Assembly (NCBI GenBank): GCA_017625695.1
Contig: JAGAKI010000069.1
Span: 2,228 to 66,227 of the forward strand
Source: Clostridia bacterium
GTDB taxonomy: Bacteria; Bacillota; Clostridia; UMGS1840
Length of the DNA stretch: 64,000 nucleotides
Direction of reading: 5' to 3'
The notes beneath the pieces were generated by a model. That model made no database searches and was not told the origin of the DNA. It saw only the letters and a program-made list of their open reading frames with translations. Position numbers and translations under genes: made by a program. Each line of letters begins with the position of its first letter. Position 1 is the first letter of the stretch. This document shows, piece by piece, positions 17,266 through 25,530 of the stretch.

Positions 17266-18024
17266 ATGCTGACAAAACGTGTCATCCCTTGCCTGGACGT
17301 AGCAAACGGCAGAGTGGTAAAGGGCGTTAATTTTGTAAATTTAATCGATGCGGGTGACCCGGTGGAATGTGCCCGTGCTTACGACAAAGAAGGTGCTGAC
17401 GAACTGGTGTTTTTAGACATCACCGCATCTTCCGATCACAGAAAAACCACCGTAGATATGGTTCGTCAGGTAGCTGAAAATGTATTTATCCCATTTACCG
17501 TGGGCGGCGGCATCCGAAAAGCGGAGGATTTCCGGGAATTGCTGTTAGCCGGTGCCGACAAGGTTTCAGTCAACACTGCAGCCATCCATAATCCTACCCT
17601 GATTACCGAAGCTGCTGAAAAATTCGGTTCCCAATGTGTGGTAGTAGCCATTGATGCCAAACGCCGGGGAGACGGCGGTTTCAACATTTTCACCCACGGA
17701 GGCAGAAATGATACCGGTATTGATGCGATAGAATGGGCAATCCGTTGCGAACAACTGGGTGCAGGCGAAATTCTTCTGACCAGTATGGACGCAGACGGTA
17801 CGAAAGCAGGATACGATATTGAACTGACCCGTCTGATTTCCGACGAATTGAAAATCCCCGTGATTGCATCCGGAGGTGCCGGAGCACTTTCTCACTTTGC
17901 CGATGCTGTTACCAAGGGGCATGCTGATGCAGTATTGGCAGCCTCGCTGTTTCATTTTAAGGAACTGACCATCCGGGAAGTAAAAGAAGCAATGCGAAAA
18001 GAAAACATCCCTGTCAGATTATAA
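17266..18024 (+). CDS. hisF: imidazole glycerol phosphate synthase cyclase subunit
   Basis: 252 aa with the [12 protein letters not shown] start and the conserved GADKVS and SGGAG blocks. Confidence 0.95.
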   Translation: MLTKRVIPCLDVANGRVVKGVNFVNLIDAGDPVECARAYDKEGADELVFLDITASSDHRKTTVDMVRQVAENVFIPFTVGGGIRKAEDFRELLLAGADKVSVNTAAIHNPTLITEAAEKFGSQCVVVAIDAKRRGDGGFNIFTHGGRNDTGIDAIEWAIRCEQLGAGEILLTSMDADGTKAGYDIELTRLISDELKIPVIASGGAGALSHFADAVTKGHADAVLAASLFHFKELTIREVKEAMRKENIPVRL

Positions 18025-18038
18025 CTTGTAGGATATAA

Positions 18039-18073
18039 CAGAAAAGAGCCTTCCGAAAGAAGGCTCTTTTCTG
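18039..18073. terminator. shared hairpin between convergent hisF and htrA
   Basis: CAGAAAAGAGCCTTC-cgaaa-GAAGGCTCTTTTCTG. Confidence 0.65.
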
Positions 18074-18136
18074 TTAGGAAATTTATTTAGGAGAAAGAGT
18101 TCCAAAAAATGAAATTCTCTTTCCGTAGAAGGGGCA

Positions 18137-19399
18137 TTAATTTACCTGAGTTGTAGGTTTTTCTTCCTGAAGTGTCAGTTTCACTTTGATGGTATCTTCA
18201 CCACGAATCACAGTTAACGTAACCGAATCGCCGGCTTTGTGTTTTTCTTTTTCTGTGTTCAGTTCATCAATGGTTTCGATTTTCACACCATCAATTTCGG
18301 TAATAACATCCGAAGTTTTAATACCGGCTTTTTCCGCTGCAGAATAGGGAGTCAGCTCCAGTACATAAACACCAACGGGAATTCCGTAGTATTCAGAATC
18401 CTGCTTGGTTACGTTTCTTCCTGCAATTCCAATTACAGGTCTGCCTTTGACATAACCACCGTTTTTCAAATCTTCAATAATGGGCTTCGCTTCATCAATC
18501 GGGATAGCAAATCCAATCCCCTCTACGCCGGAAGCAGACATTTTAACAGAGTTAATGCCAATGACTTCCCCATAGTTATTTACCAATGCACCGCCGGAAT
18601 TTCCGGGATTGATGGCAGCATCCGTCTGAATCAGATTAAACTTTCTGTCATCCACCGTAATGGAACGGTTCAAAGCACTGATGTAGCCACCGGTAACGCT
18701 GCCGGCAAGCTCATTCCCCAAAGGATTTCCGATGGCAACCGCAAGTTCCCCTACCTGAAGCTCAGAGGAATTTCCCAACGTCGCATAAGGGAAATTCAGT
18801 CCTTCCATTTTTAATACAGCCAAATCGGTACGGGCATCTGCACCCACCAGTTTTGCTTCAAATTCTTTCCCGTCACTTAACAGCACCTTAATTTCGGATG
18901 CCCCTTCAATTACGTGATTATTGGTTACCACATAACCGTCGGAGCTGATAATGATGCCGGAACCGGAACCATCCTGCATGGTGGGCATCCCAAAGAAATT
19001 CTGCATTGCAACCTTGGTATTGATTCCCACCACAGTGGGACCAACCTTACGGGCAATCTCCACAACGGAAAGCAACTGTTTATTTGCTACCTGAGTGGCA
19101 CCGCCCTGCTCTGCCGTCATGGACGGATTGGGAGGCACATTCAGAGAATAAGAAGAACCGGGCAATTTGGCAACCTCCCGTTCCACCAGTTTGGGAAGGG
19201 CAAAAAAGGACGCCACTGAAGTAGCACCCACGCCAATCACAAAGGCGAGCAGTACCGCCATCCCACGGTTTTTCTTCTTTTTGGAAGATTCCTGCACCAT
19301 AACGATGGGTTCTTCATAGGAAACTCTGTATAATGAATACTCATTCCCCGCTTGATTGGGAGAATTCTGATCTTGAAAATTAAAATTCTGATAATCCAT
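18137..19399 (-). CDS. htrA: HtrA/DegP-family serine protease (membrane anchored, one PDZ)
   Basis: 420 aa with an N-terminal TM segment, the trypsin-like GNSGGALVN serine motif and a C-terminal PDZ-like segment. Confidence 0.9.
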   Translation of the reverse strand: MDYQNFNFQDQNSPNQAGNEYSLYRVSYEEPIVMVQESSKKKKNRGMAVLLAFVIGVGATSVASFFALPKLVEREVAKLPGSSYSLNVPPNPSMTAEQGGATQVANKQLLSVVEIARKVGPTVVGINTKVAMQNFFGMPTMQDGSGSGIIISSDGYVVTNNHVIEGASEIKVLLSDGKEFEAKLVGADARTDLAVLKMEGLNFPYATLGNSSELQVGELAVAIGNPLGNELAGSVTGGYISALNRSITVDDRKFNLIQTDAAINPGNSGGALVNNYGEVIGINSVKMSASGVEGIGFAIPIDEAKPIIEDLKNGGYVKGRPVIGIAGRNVTKQDSEYYGIPVGVYVLELTPYSAAEKAGIKTSDVITEIDGVKIETIDELNTEKEKHKAGDSVTLTVIRGEDTIKVKLTLQEEKPTTQVN

Positions 19400-19449
19400 A
19401 ACAAACCTTCTTTCTACTTTGTTGTTGTGACCCTATCTTAACATCCGAT

Positions 19450-19466
19450 TGTGAAAACATTGTGAA
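19450..19466. promoter_or_regulatory. direct repeat TGTGAA-N5-TGTGAA (11-bp period) upstream of htrA; candidate OmpR-family response-regulator site
   Basis: TGTGAA at 19450 and 19461. A third, inverted copy (TTCACA) is at 19495-19500. Confidence 0.35.
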
Positions 19467-19660
19467 AATTAGTTGGATTTTTGGTGACGGCATTTTCACA
19501 CGTCTCCATTTCCCATATGAATTAGTATATCCTGTCTGTATCACCCTATGAATGTTTTTAAAAAATTATGAAAAGAATGAAAAAAACAAAAAAATTCTCA
19601 CAAACTACAAAAAACTGTGATAAACTGCCAACAATAACAAAAAAAGGAGACGATTTTCCC

Positions 19661-20077
19661 ATGCGAAGCTTTTTTTCCCGACTGCTTGGTTCCCTTGCTC
19701 GTTTTATGAACGGCAGATACGGCATTGACGGACTTTTTATGCCGATTGTAGTGACCTCTTGTGTGTGTACCCTGCTTTCTTCTTTCGGTGTCCTTTGGTT
19801 TTTCCGTCCCATCGGTACGCTGTTGCTTTTATACGCCCTGTTTCGTGCCTGCTCAAAAAATTACGATAAACGCCGTCAGGAACTGTACCGCTATCAGAAA
19901 TTTGCAACCGCCTTTTCCAAAAAAATCGGCTTTCTCCGTCAACAGTATCAGGATCGACACATCAGAAAATACTTCAAATGCCCCAGCTGTAAAACCCGTC
20001 TCTTTGTTCCCAAAGGGAAAGGAAAAATTCAGATTACCTGCCGTCAATGCGGACACAAGTTTATCAAAAAAACATAA
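19661..20077 (+). CDS. zinc-ribbon membrane protein, function unknown
   Basis: Start moved to ATG 19661 behind AAGGAGA. Hydrophobic segments, then CPSC...CRQC. Confidence 0.6.
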   Translation: MRSFFSRLLGSLARFMNGRYGIDGLFMPIVVTSCVCTLLSSFGVLWFFRPIGTLLLLYALFRACSKNYDKRRQELYRYQKFATAFSKKIGFLRQQYQDRHIRKYFKCPSCKTRLFVPKGKGKIQITCRQCGHKFIKKT

Positions 20078-20107
20078 AAAACGGAAAGCAGCTGCTTTCC
20101 GTTTTTT
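20076..20107 (+). terminator. intrinsic terminator
   Basis: ACGGAAAGC-agct-GCTTTCCGT followed by T5. Confidence 0.8.
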
Positions 20108-20397
20108 ATGTTTGGTTCAAAAGACTGTTTTCCATAGAAACACCCTAAAACAGACGATGCTGTTTCCAAACCTATCGTATTACAATCAAATAATACCATA
20201 ATTAATTTTTTGTCAAGAAAAGAGAGTCTTGTGTCACCCCTGACGTATAACAAATTGTACCCATGGGAAAAATAGAAAGAATCCATCCGGAATCTCTTGA
20301 CAAAAAAGAAAAAAAACAGTATACCATAATGAGCGAAATTTGCGTCGTATTTGGACGAAATAATAGCCGTAGGAAAAACGGCAGATTGGAGACGAGA

Positions 20398-22308
20398 ATG
20401 GAACAAAACAACAACTTTAAACCTTACATTCCCGCAGAAAAAGTCACTCCCGAAATTACCGTAACCTCCATTATTATGGGGATTTTACTGGCAGTTATTT
20501 TCGGTGCCGCAAACGCCTATTTAGGTCTTCGTGTCGGTATGACCGTATCTGCTTCTATCCCCGCAGCAGTTATTTCTATGGGTGTTATCCGCGTCTTGAT
20601 GCGGAAAAACTCCATTTTGGAAAGCAATGTGGTACAGACCATCGGTTCTGCCGGTGAATCGGTTGCCGCAGGTGCCATTTTCACCTTGCCTGCTCTGTTT
20701 TTATGGGCAGCAGAAGGAATCACACAAAAGCCCGGCATCATTGAAATCACTCTGATTGCATTAATCGGTGGGTTACTTGGGGTATTCTTTATGATTCCCT
20801 TACGTAACGCTCTCATTGTAAAAGAACACGGCGTTCTCCCCTATCCGGAGGGAACCGCTTGTGCTGAAGTGTTATTAGCCGGTGAAGAAGGCGGTGCCAA
20901 TGCCTCTACCGTATTTGCCGGAATGGGCTTTGCCGCACTCTTCAAACTGATTATCGATGGTTTGAAAGCTGTTCCCGGAGAAATTGCTTTCCGTGTAAAA
21001 GGCTTTGCCGGAGAAATTGGAACTCAGATTTACCCCGCAGTTATGAGCGTTGGATTTATCTGCGGTCCCCGAATTTCTTCCTATATGTTTGCCGGCGGTC
21101 TGGTAAGCTGGATGGTAATTATTCCGCTGATTGTTACCTTTGGCGAAAATATCGTGTTATATCCCGGCGTTACCACCATCGGGCAGATGTTCTCTGAAGG
21201 TGGTGCAAGTGCCATCTGGAGTTCTTACATCCGTTATATCGGTGCCGGTGCTTTAGCGGCAGGCGGTATCATCAGTTTAATCAAATCTCTGCCCTTAATC
21301 ATCCGTACTTTCCGTGATTCTGTTGCAAGCTTAAGTACCAAAAGCAGCAACAATCAGCTTCGTACCGAACGAGATATCCCCATGTCTGTCGTTCTAATTG
21401 TAATTGCAATTCTGACCTTAGCCGTATGGCTCATCCCCGCAATTCCCGTTTCCTTATTGGGTGCTGTAATTGTGGTTGTGTTCGGGTTCTTCTTTGCTGC
21501 AGTGTCCTCCCGTATGGTAGGTCTGGTGGGAAGCTCCAACAACCCCGTTTCCGGTATGGCGATTGCAACCTTGTTGATTGCCACTCTGATTTTAAAAGTG
21601 ACCGGTGAAGGCGGCGTAGCGGGAATGACCGCAGCCATCGCAATCGGTTCCATTATCTGTATCGTTGCAGCAATTGCCGGCGATACCTCTCAGGACTTGA
21701 AAACCGGTTATCTCTTAGGCTCAACCCCCAAAAAACAGCAGTACGGCGAAATCATCGGTGTTGTGGCATCCTCTCTGGCAATCGGCGGTACTCTGTATCT
21801 GTTAGACAGTGCCTGGGGCTTTGGTTCCGAACAGCTGGCAGCTCCTCAGGCAACCTTAATGAAAATGATTATCGAAGGGGTTATGAATGCACAGCTTCCC
21901 TGGAATTTAGTATTCATCGGCGTATTCATTGCAGTTGCAGTTGAATTTATCGGAATCCCCGTGTTACCCTTTGCAATTGGTGTATATCTGCCCGTTCACT
22001 TAAATGCCTGCATTATGGTAGGCGGTTTCATCCGTCTGTTTATGGATAAATCCAAAAAAGAAGAATCCAAAAAACAGGCAATGGTCAACGACGGTATTCT
22101 CTACTGCTCCGGTATGATTGCCGGGGAAGGTTTAGCCGGTATTCTGTTGGCACTTCTCGCAATCTTCCACGTGGATAAAGTCATTGATATCTCCGGTTTC
22201 TTAAACCTGCCTCCCGTTGTGGCAACCGTGTTAAGCTTAGTTCTCTTTGCAATCATCATTTGCACCGTGTTAAAATTCTCTGCATGGAGAAAACGCAAAC
22301 AGGGTTAA
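20398..22308 (+). CDS. OPT-family oligopeptide transporter
   Basis: Polytopic membrane protein. Start moved to MEQNNNFKPYIPAEK (ATG 20398). The block GAANAYLGLRVGMTVSASIPAAVISMG is typical of the OPT superfamily. Confidence 0.85.
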   Translation: MEQNNNFKPYIPAEKVTPEITVTSIIMGILLAVIFGAANAYLGLRVGMTVSASIPAAVISMGVIRVLMRKNSILESNVVQTIGSAGESVAAGAIFTLPALFLWAAEGITQKPGIIEITLIALIGGLLGVFFMIPLRNALIVKEHGVLPYPEGTACAEVLLAGEEGGANASTVFAGMGFAALFKLIIDGLKAVPGEIAFRVKGFAGEIGTQIYPAVMSVGFICGPRISSYMFAGGLVSWMVIIPLIVTFGENIVLYPGVTTIGQMFSEGGASAIWSSYIRYIGAGALAAGGIISLIKSLPLIIRTFRDSVASLSTKSSNNQLRTERDIPMSVVLIVIAILTLAVWLIPAIPVSLLGAVIVVVFGFFFAAVSSRMVGLVGSSNNPVSGMAIATLLIATLILKVTGEGGVAGMTAAIAIGSIICIVAAIAGDTSQDLKTGYLLGSTPKKQQYGEIIGVVASSLAIGGTLYLLDSAWGFGSEQLAAPQATLMKMIIEGVMNAQLPWNLVFIGVFIAVAVEFIGIPVLPFAIGVYLPVHLNACIMVGGFIRLFMDKSKKEESKKQAMVNDGILYCSGMIAGEGLAGILLALLAIFHVDKVIDISGFLNLPPVVATVLSLVLFAIIICTVLKFSAWRKRKQG

Positions 22309-22312
22309 GACT

Positions 22313-22660
22313 ATGAAAAAACAAACCAAAATTTCTAAAAACTATCTGGAAAAGATTCCCGCTATCCCGGAACATATCGGTTTTTCCACCGACGAAAATG
22401 GTATCGTTACCTTGGAAGTGGAAAATACGGGACTTATGAACCGCATTGCTCAGAAGATTTTTAGAAAACCGAAGATTTCCTATATTCACCTGGATGAATT
22501 GGGAAGTTTCATCTGGAATTTGATTGACGGCGAAACCACCATCACTATGATGGGAAGCCCCGTAAAAGAGCGTTTTGGCGAAACAGCAGAACCACTGTAT
22601 CCCAGAATGGCAAAATATTTTTCCATTCTGGAAAGTTACGGGTTTATCACTTTAAAATAG
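22313..22660 (+). CDS. PqqD-family (RRE-like) small protein
   Basis: 115 aa. HLDELGSFIWNLIDGETTI...LYPRMAKYFSILESYGFI matches the PqqD-like fold pattern. Confidence 0.65.
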   Translation: MKKQTKISKNYLEKIPAIPEHIGFSTDENGIVTLEVENTGLMNRIAQKIFRKPKISYIHLDELGSFIWNLIDGETTITMMGSPVKERFGETAEPLYPRMAKYFSILESYGFITLK

Positions 22661-22673
22661 ACTGGATAAAACA

Positions 22674-22707
22674 AAAACACCGCAAAGGTTACCTTTGCGG
22701 TGTTTTT
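22674..22707. terminator. bidirectional intrinsic terminator
   Basis: CACCGCAAAGG-tt-ACCTTTGCGGTG flanked by A5 and T5. Confidence 0.8.
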
Positions 22708-22711
22708 ATAT

Positions 22712-22921
22712 TCAGTTCATTTTATCTGTTAACCCTATAATATAATCTGCCGAAACATTGTATAATCGACATAAAATTGCCAAATCTTCAATCTTTAATT
22801 CTGCTCTGCCTGCCTCAATATGATTATAACCTTGTTGGGATTTATTTAAAACTTCTCCGATATATGCCTGCGTATAGTCATGGTCTTCCCGTAAGGCTCT
22901 CAGCCGTTCCCGATAGTTCAT
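22712..22921 (-). CDS. XRE-family helix-turn-helix transcriptional regulator
   Basis: About 69 aa HTH_3-type protein (YTQAYIGEVLNKSQQGYNHIEAG). Start set to ATG 22921, 8 nt after GGAGG. Confidence 0.85.
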   Translation of the reverse strand: MNYRERLRALREDHDYTQAYIGEVLNKSQQGYNHIEAGRAELKIEDLAILCRLYNVSADYIIGLTDKMN

Positions 22922-22963
22922 AACCATATCCTCCACAATTCAACTTTGGAAAAATTATATCAT

Positions 22964-23008
22964 ACTCATAAATTGAGTATTGACATTTACTCAAACATTG
23001 AGTATAAT
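22964..23008 (+). promoter_or_regulatory. consensus promoter TTGACA-17 nt-TATAAT overlapped by two ACTCA-N5-TGAGT palindromes (candidate XRE operators)
   Basis: Operator 1 at 22964-22978, operator 2 at 22989-23003. The -35 is at 22980-22985 and the -10 at 23003-23008. Confidence 0.6.
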
Positions 23009-23041
23009 GAATTTATCATTTATTCTACGGAGGGAAAATTT

Positions 23042-25345
23042 ATGAATATGAAAAGATTAAGTGTTACAAACCGGATCGTCGCTTTCAGCTTAATTTTTAT
23101 AATGTTATACGGATTGTTACCAAGCAAAAACGTATATGCATATACCGCAACAGTTACCTACAATAACGCTGTATCCAGTATTTCAGAAATTGATACCCGT
23201 ATCGACAATTTAATCGAAAAATATGTAGGCACCTATTGGACAACAAATGGGAAAGCCGCTGATTCCAGTGGCTCAACATCATTATCATATTACGGTATTC
23301 AATGTAATGGTTTTGCAAAATTAATTTTCAACGATCTATTTGACTGTGGTAGCATAGGAACCTATGATACAAATAAGTATTATTTTCCAAATACAACCGT
23401 TGCAACACTTGTTGAAAAAAAGTACAATATTTCGGAAACAGATTCCACAACAGTTAAAAATATTTTGTCAAAAGGCAAAAAAGGTGATTTTATACAAGTC
23501 AGAAGAAGAGGAAAAGACTATGGTCATTCTATGATTTTAGTTGATGCAGACGACAGTGGACTTTGGATTTTCGATTGTAACTCCGATGGAAAATGCAGTG
23601 TAAAATACTATTATCAAAGTTATAAAACATTTGCATCTAAAAACGTAGGTCTATCGCTCTACCATGCCAATAACTATCCTTTAGATAGTATTCCCACAAT
23701 CACAAGTGCTTACGGTGAGAGCCACTCCGAAATAAAAATCAAATGGAACAAAGTTCCGTCCGCTACAAAGTATGAAGTTAAGAGAAGAAAAGCCGGAACT
23801 TCAGATTACATCACGGTAACCGGTTCTGTAACCGATACCAGTTATACCGATACAGGATTGAATAAAAACCAACGGTATTTTTACAAAATAACTGCTTATA
23901 ACGGTTCTACCCCCTTAGGCACTTCAGACGGCGTAGGTGCATACACAAAATTTGACGCCCCCGATGTAGTTTCAGAAAGCAACACAAAATTAACAATCAG
24001 TTGGGATTCTGTTTCTATGGCAGAAAGCTACACCATCAAACGTAGACGGGCAGATGAAGAAGAATACAAAACCATAAAAACAGTCAACAGTTCCACTCGG
24101 ACCTATACCGACAGCAACTTAGATCCCGCCACACAATACCTCTATTTGATTCAGGCAAATTGCAATGTTGATGAAATCGAAATGGTTTCCAGATCAACAA
24201 TCGGAACTTGCTATACTATGATGAATATGCCCGTTGTCTCTTTAAACGATGATTCCTGTATAACCATTACCTGGGAAAAACCGAAGGATTTTACAGAAGG
24301 TAAACATAAGTTCCGCATTTACAGAAAGTTAGATACCGATGCAAGCTTCGCCAACAAAACACTTGCAGAAGTTACCAATGGCAATACTTACATTGATACT
24401 CAAACAGAACCGAATACCGTCTATCAGTACCGAATTGTAATGTTAGACACTTCCGATAACCGCTACACATATTCGAGTGTCGGAACAGGTTACTCTCTTA
24501 TGAATGCTCCTGCCATAACACTGACGGACAATTCAACATTGAAAATCAGCTGGGAAGCCCCCTCAGATCTTGATTTATCAAACCATACCTACCAGATATA
24601 CAGAAAATTACCTGATGAAGAAAGCTTTAAATACCATACTCTTGCATATGTGACCGGTCAAACCTATTACGAAGATTCCGACATTGACCCCAATCAGACG
24701 TATCAGTACCGAATCGTTTTGCTGGATCAAAAGGAAAATCGGTTGACCTATTCCAGCATCGGAACAGGATATTCTCTTATGAATGCACCTACCATAACAC
24801 AGACTGATAGTGAAACGTTAAAAATCAGCTGGAACGCTCCCCAAGGGGTTAATTCATCCAATCATACCTATCAGATATACAGAAAACTGCCTGAGGAAGA
24901 AAGCTTTAAATATCATACCCTTGCATATGTAACCGGTCAAACCCATTACGAAGATTCCAACATTGACCCCAATCAGATATATCAGTACAGAATTGTTTTG
25001 CTGGATCAAGAGAAGAATCGGTTAACCTATTCCGATATTGGTTCCGGTTGTGTCATCAAAAACACTGATGCATCTTCGGTTTCCAATGTCACCGTCAAAG
25101 AAAATACATATTTGGTAACAACATCCTTACAAAATATCCAGAATTCTTGTGATATCATTGTTTCCGGATATCAAAATAAAGAATTAGTTGATATTACCAG
25201 TGTTCCATATACCGAAGCCGGACACAGCACAACTCTGTATGGCACAATTGATGAAATTAAAGTTATGGTATGGGATAGTCTATCCACAATGTCTCCTCTA
25301 TGCGAAGCTGAGATAATTACTGAAAATAATTTCATTACAGAATAG
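23042..25345 (+). CDS. secreted NlpC/P60-like cysteine peptidase domain protein with about 8 FN3-type repeats
   Basis: Start moved to ATG 23042 (signal peptide MNMKRLSVTNRIVAFSLIFIMLYGLLPSKNVYA). Cys/His pair context YYGIQCNGFAKLIF ... GDFIQV..DYGHSMILV. Repeated about 90-aa units contain the W..V..A..Y.(I/V).R motif. Confidence 0.7.
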   Translation: MNMKRLSVTNRIVAFSLIFIMLYGLLPSKNVYAYTATVTYNNAVSSISEIDTRIDNLIEKYVGTYWTTNGKAADSSGSTSLSYYGIQCNGFAKLIFNDLFDCGSIGTYDTNKYYFPNTTVATLVEKKYNISETDSTTVKNILSKGKKGDFIQVRRRGKDYGHSMILVDADDSGLWIFDCNSDGKCSVKYYYQSYKTFASKNVGLSLYHANNYPLDSIPTITSAYGESHSEIKIKWNKVPSATKYEVKRRKAGTSDYITVTGSVTDTSYTDTGLNKNQRYFYKITAYNGSTPLGTSDGVGAYTKFDAPDVVSESNTKLTISWDSVSMAESYTIKRRRADEEEYKTIKTVNSSTRTYTDSNLDPATQYLYLIQANCNVDEIEMVSRSTIGTCYTMMNMPVVSLNDDSCITITWEKPKDFTEGKHKFRIYRKLDTDASFANKTLAEVTNGNTYIDTQTEPNTVYQYRIVMLDTSDNRYTYSSVGTGYSLMNAPAITLTDNSTLKISWEAPSDLDLSNHTYQIYRKLPDEESFKYHTLAYVTGQTYYEDSDIDPNQTYQYRIVLLDQKENRLTYSSIGTGYSLMNAPTITQTDSETLKISWNAPQGVNSSNHTYQIYRKLPEEESFKYHTLAYVTGQTHYEDSNIDPNQIYQYRIVLLDQEKNRLTYSDIGSGCVIKNTDASSVSNVTVKENTYLVTTSLQNIQNSCDIIVSGYQNKELVDITSVPYTEAGHSTTLYGTIDEIKVMVWDSLSTMSPLCEAEIITENNFITE
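24482..25039 (+). repeat. two near-identical 279-bp (93-aa) intragenic tandem units
   Basis: GGAACAGG(T/A)TA(C/T)TCTCTTATGAATGC recurs at 24482 and 24761. The units encode ...HTYQIYRKLP(D/E)EESFKYHTLAYVTGQT.... Confidence 0.9.
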
Positions 25346-25346
25346 C

Positions 25347-25385
25347 AAAACCACCGTAGAAACTGAGTTTCTACGGTGGTTTTTT
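25347..25385 (+). terminator. intrinsic terminator
   Basis: CCACCGTAGAAAC-tgag-TTTCTACGGTGG followed by T6. Confidence 0.85.
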
Positions 25386-25530
25386 ACGATAAAAGTTTTC
25401 TCTGTCAGGCGAAGAAAAACGGATGAAAATGGAAAAACCGAACACCCACCGGGTGATTATTATGCCATAAGCCGTACAAAGGTATGGCGAGTGATAAGGT
25501 TCATCCATTTTACGCTTTTTTTCAAGCCTC

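Noticed and set aside
943-18024. Dispersed single his genes (hisD at 943-2238, hisF at 17266-18024) as evidence of rearrangement or horizontal transfer.
   Set aside because: Scattered his genes are common in Clostridia. Composition and flanks look native, so there is nothing to support anything unusual.
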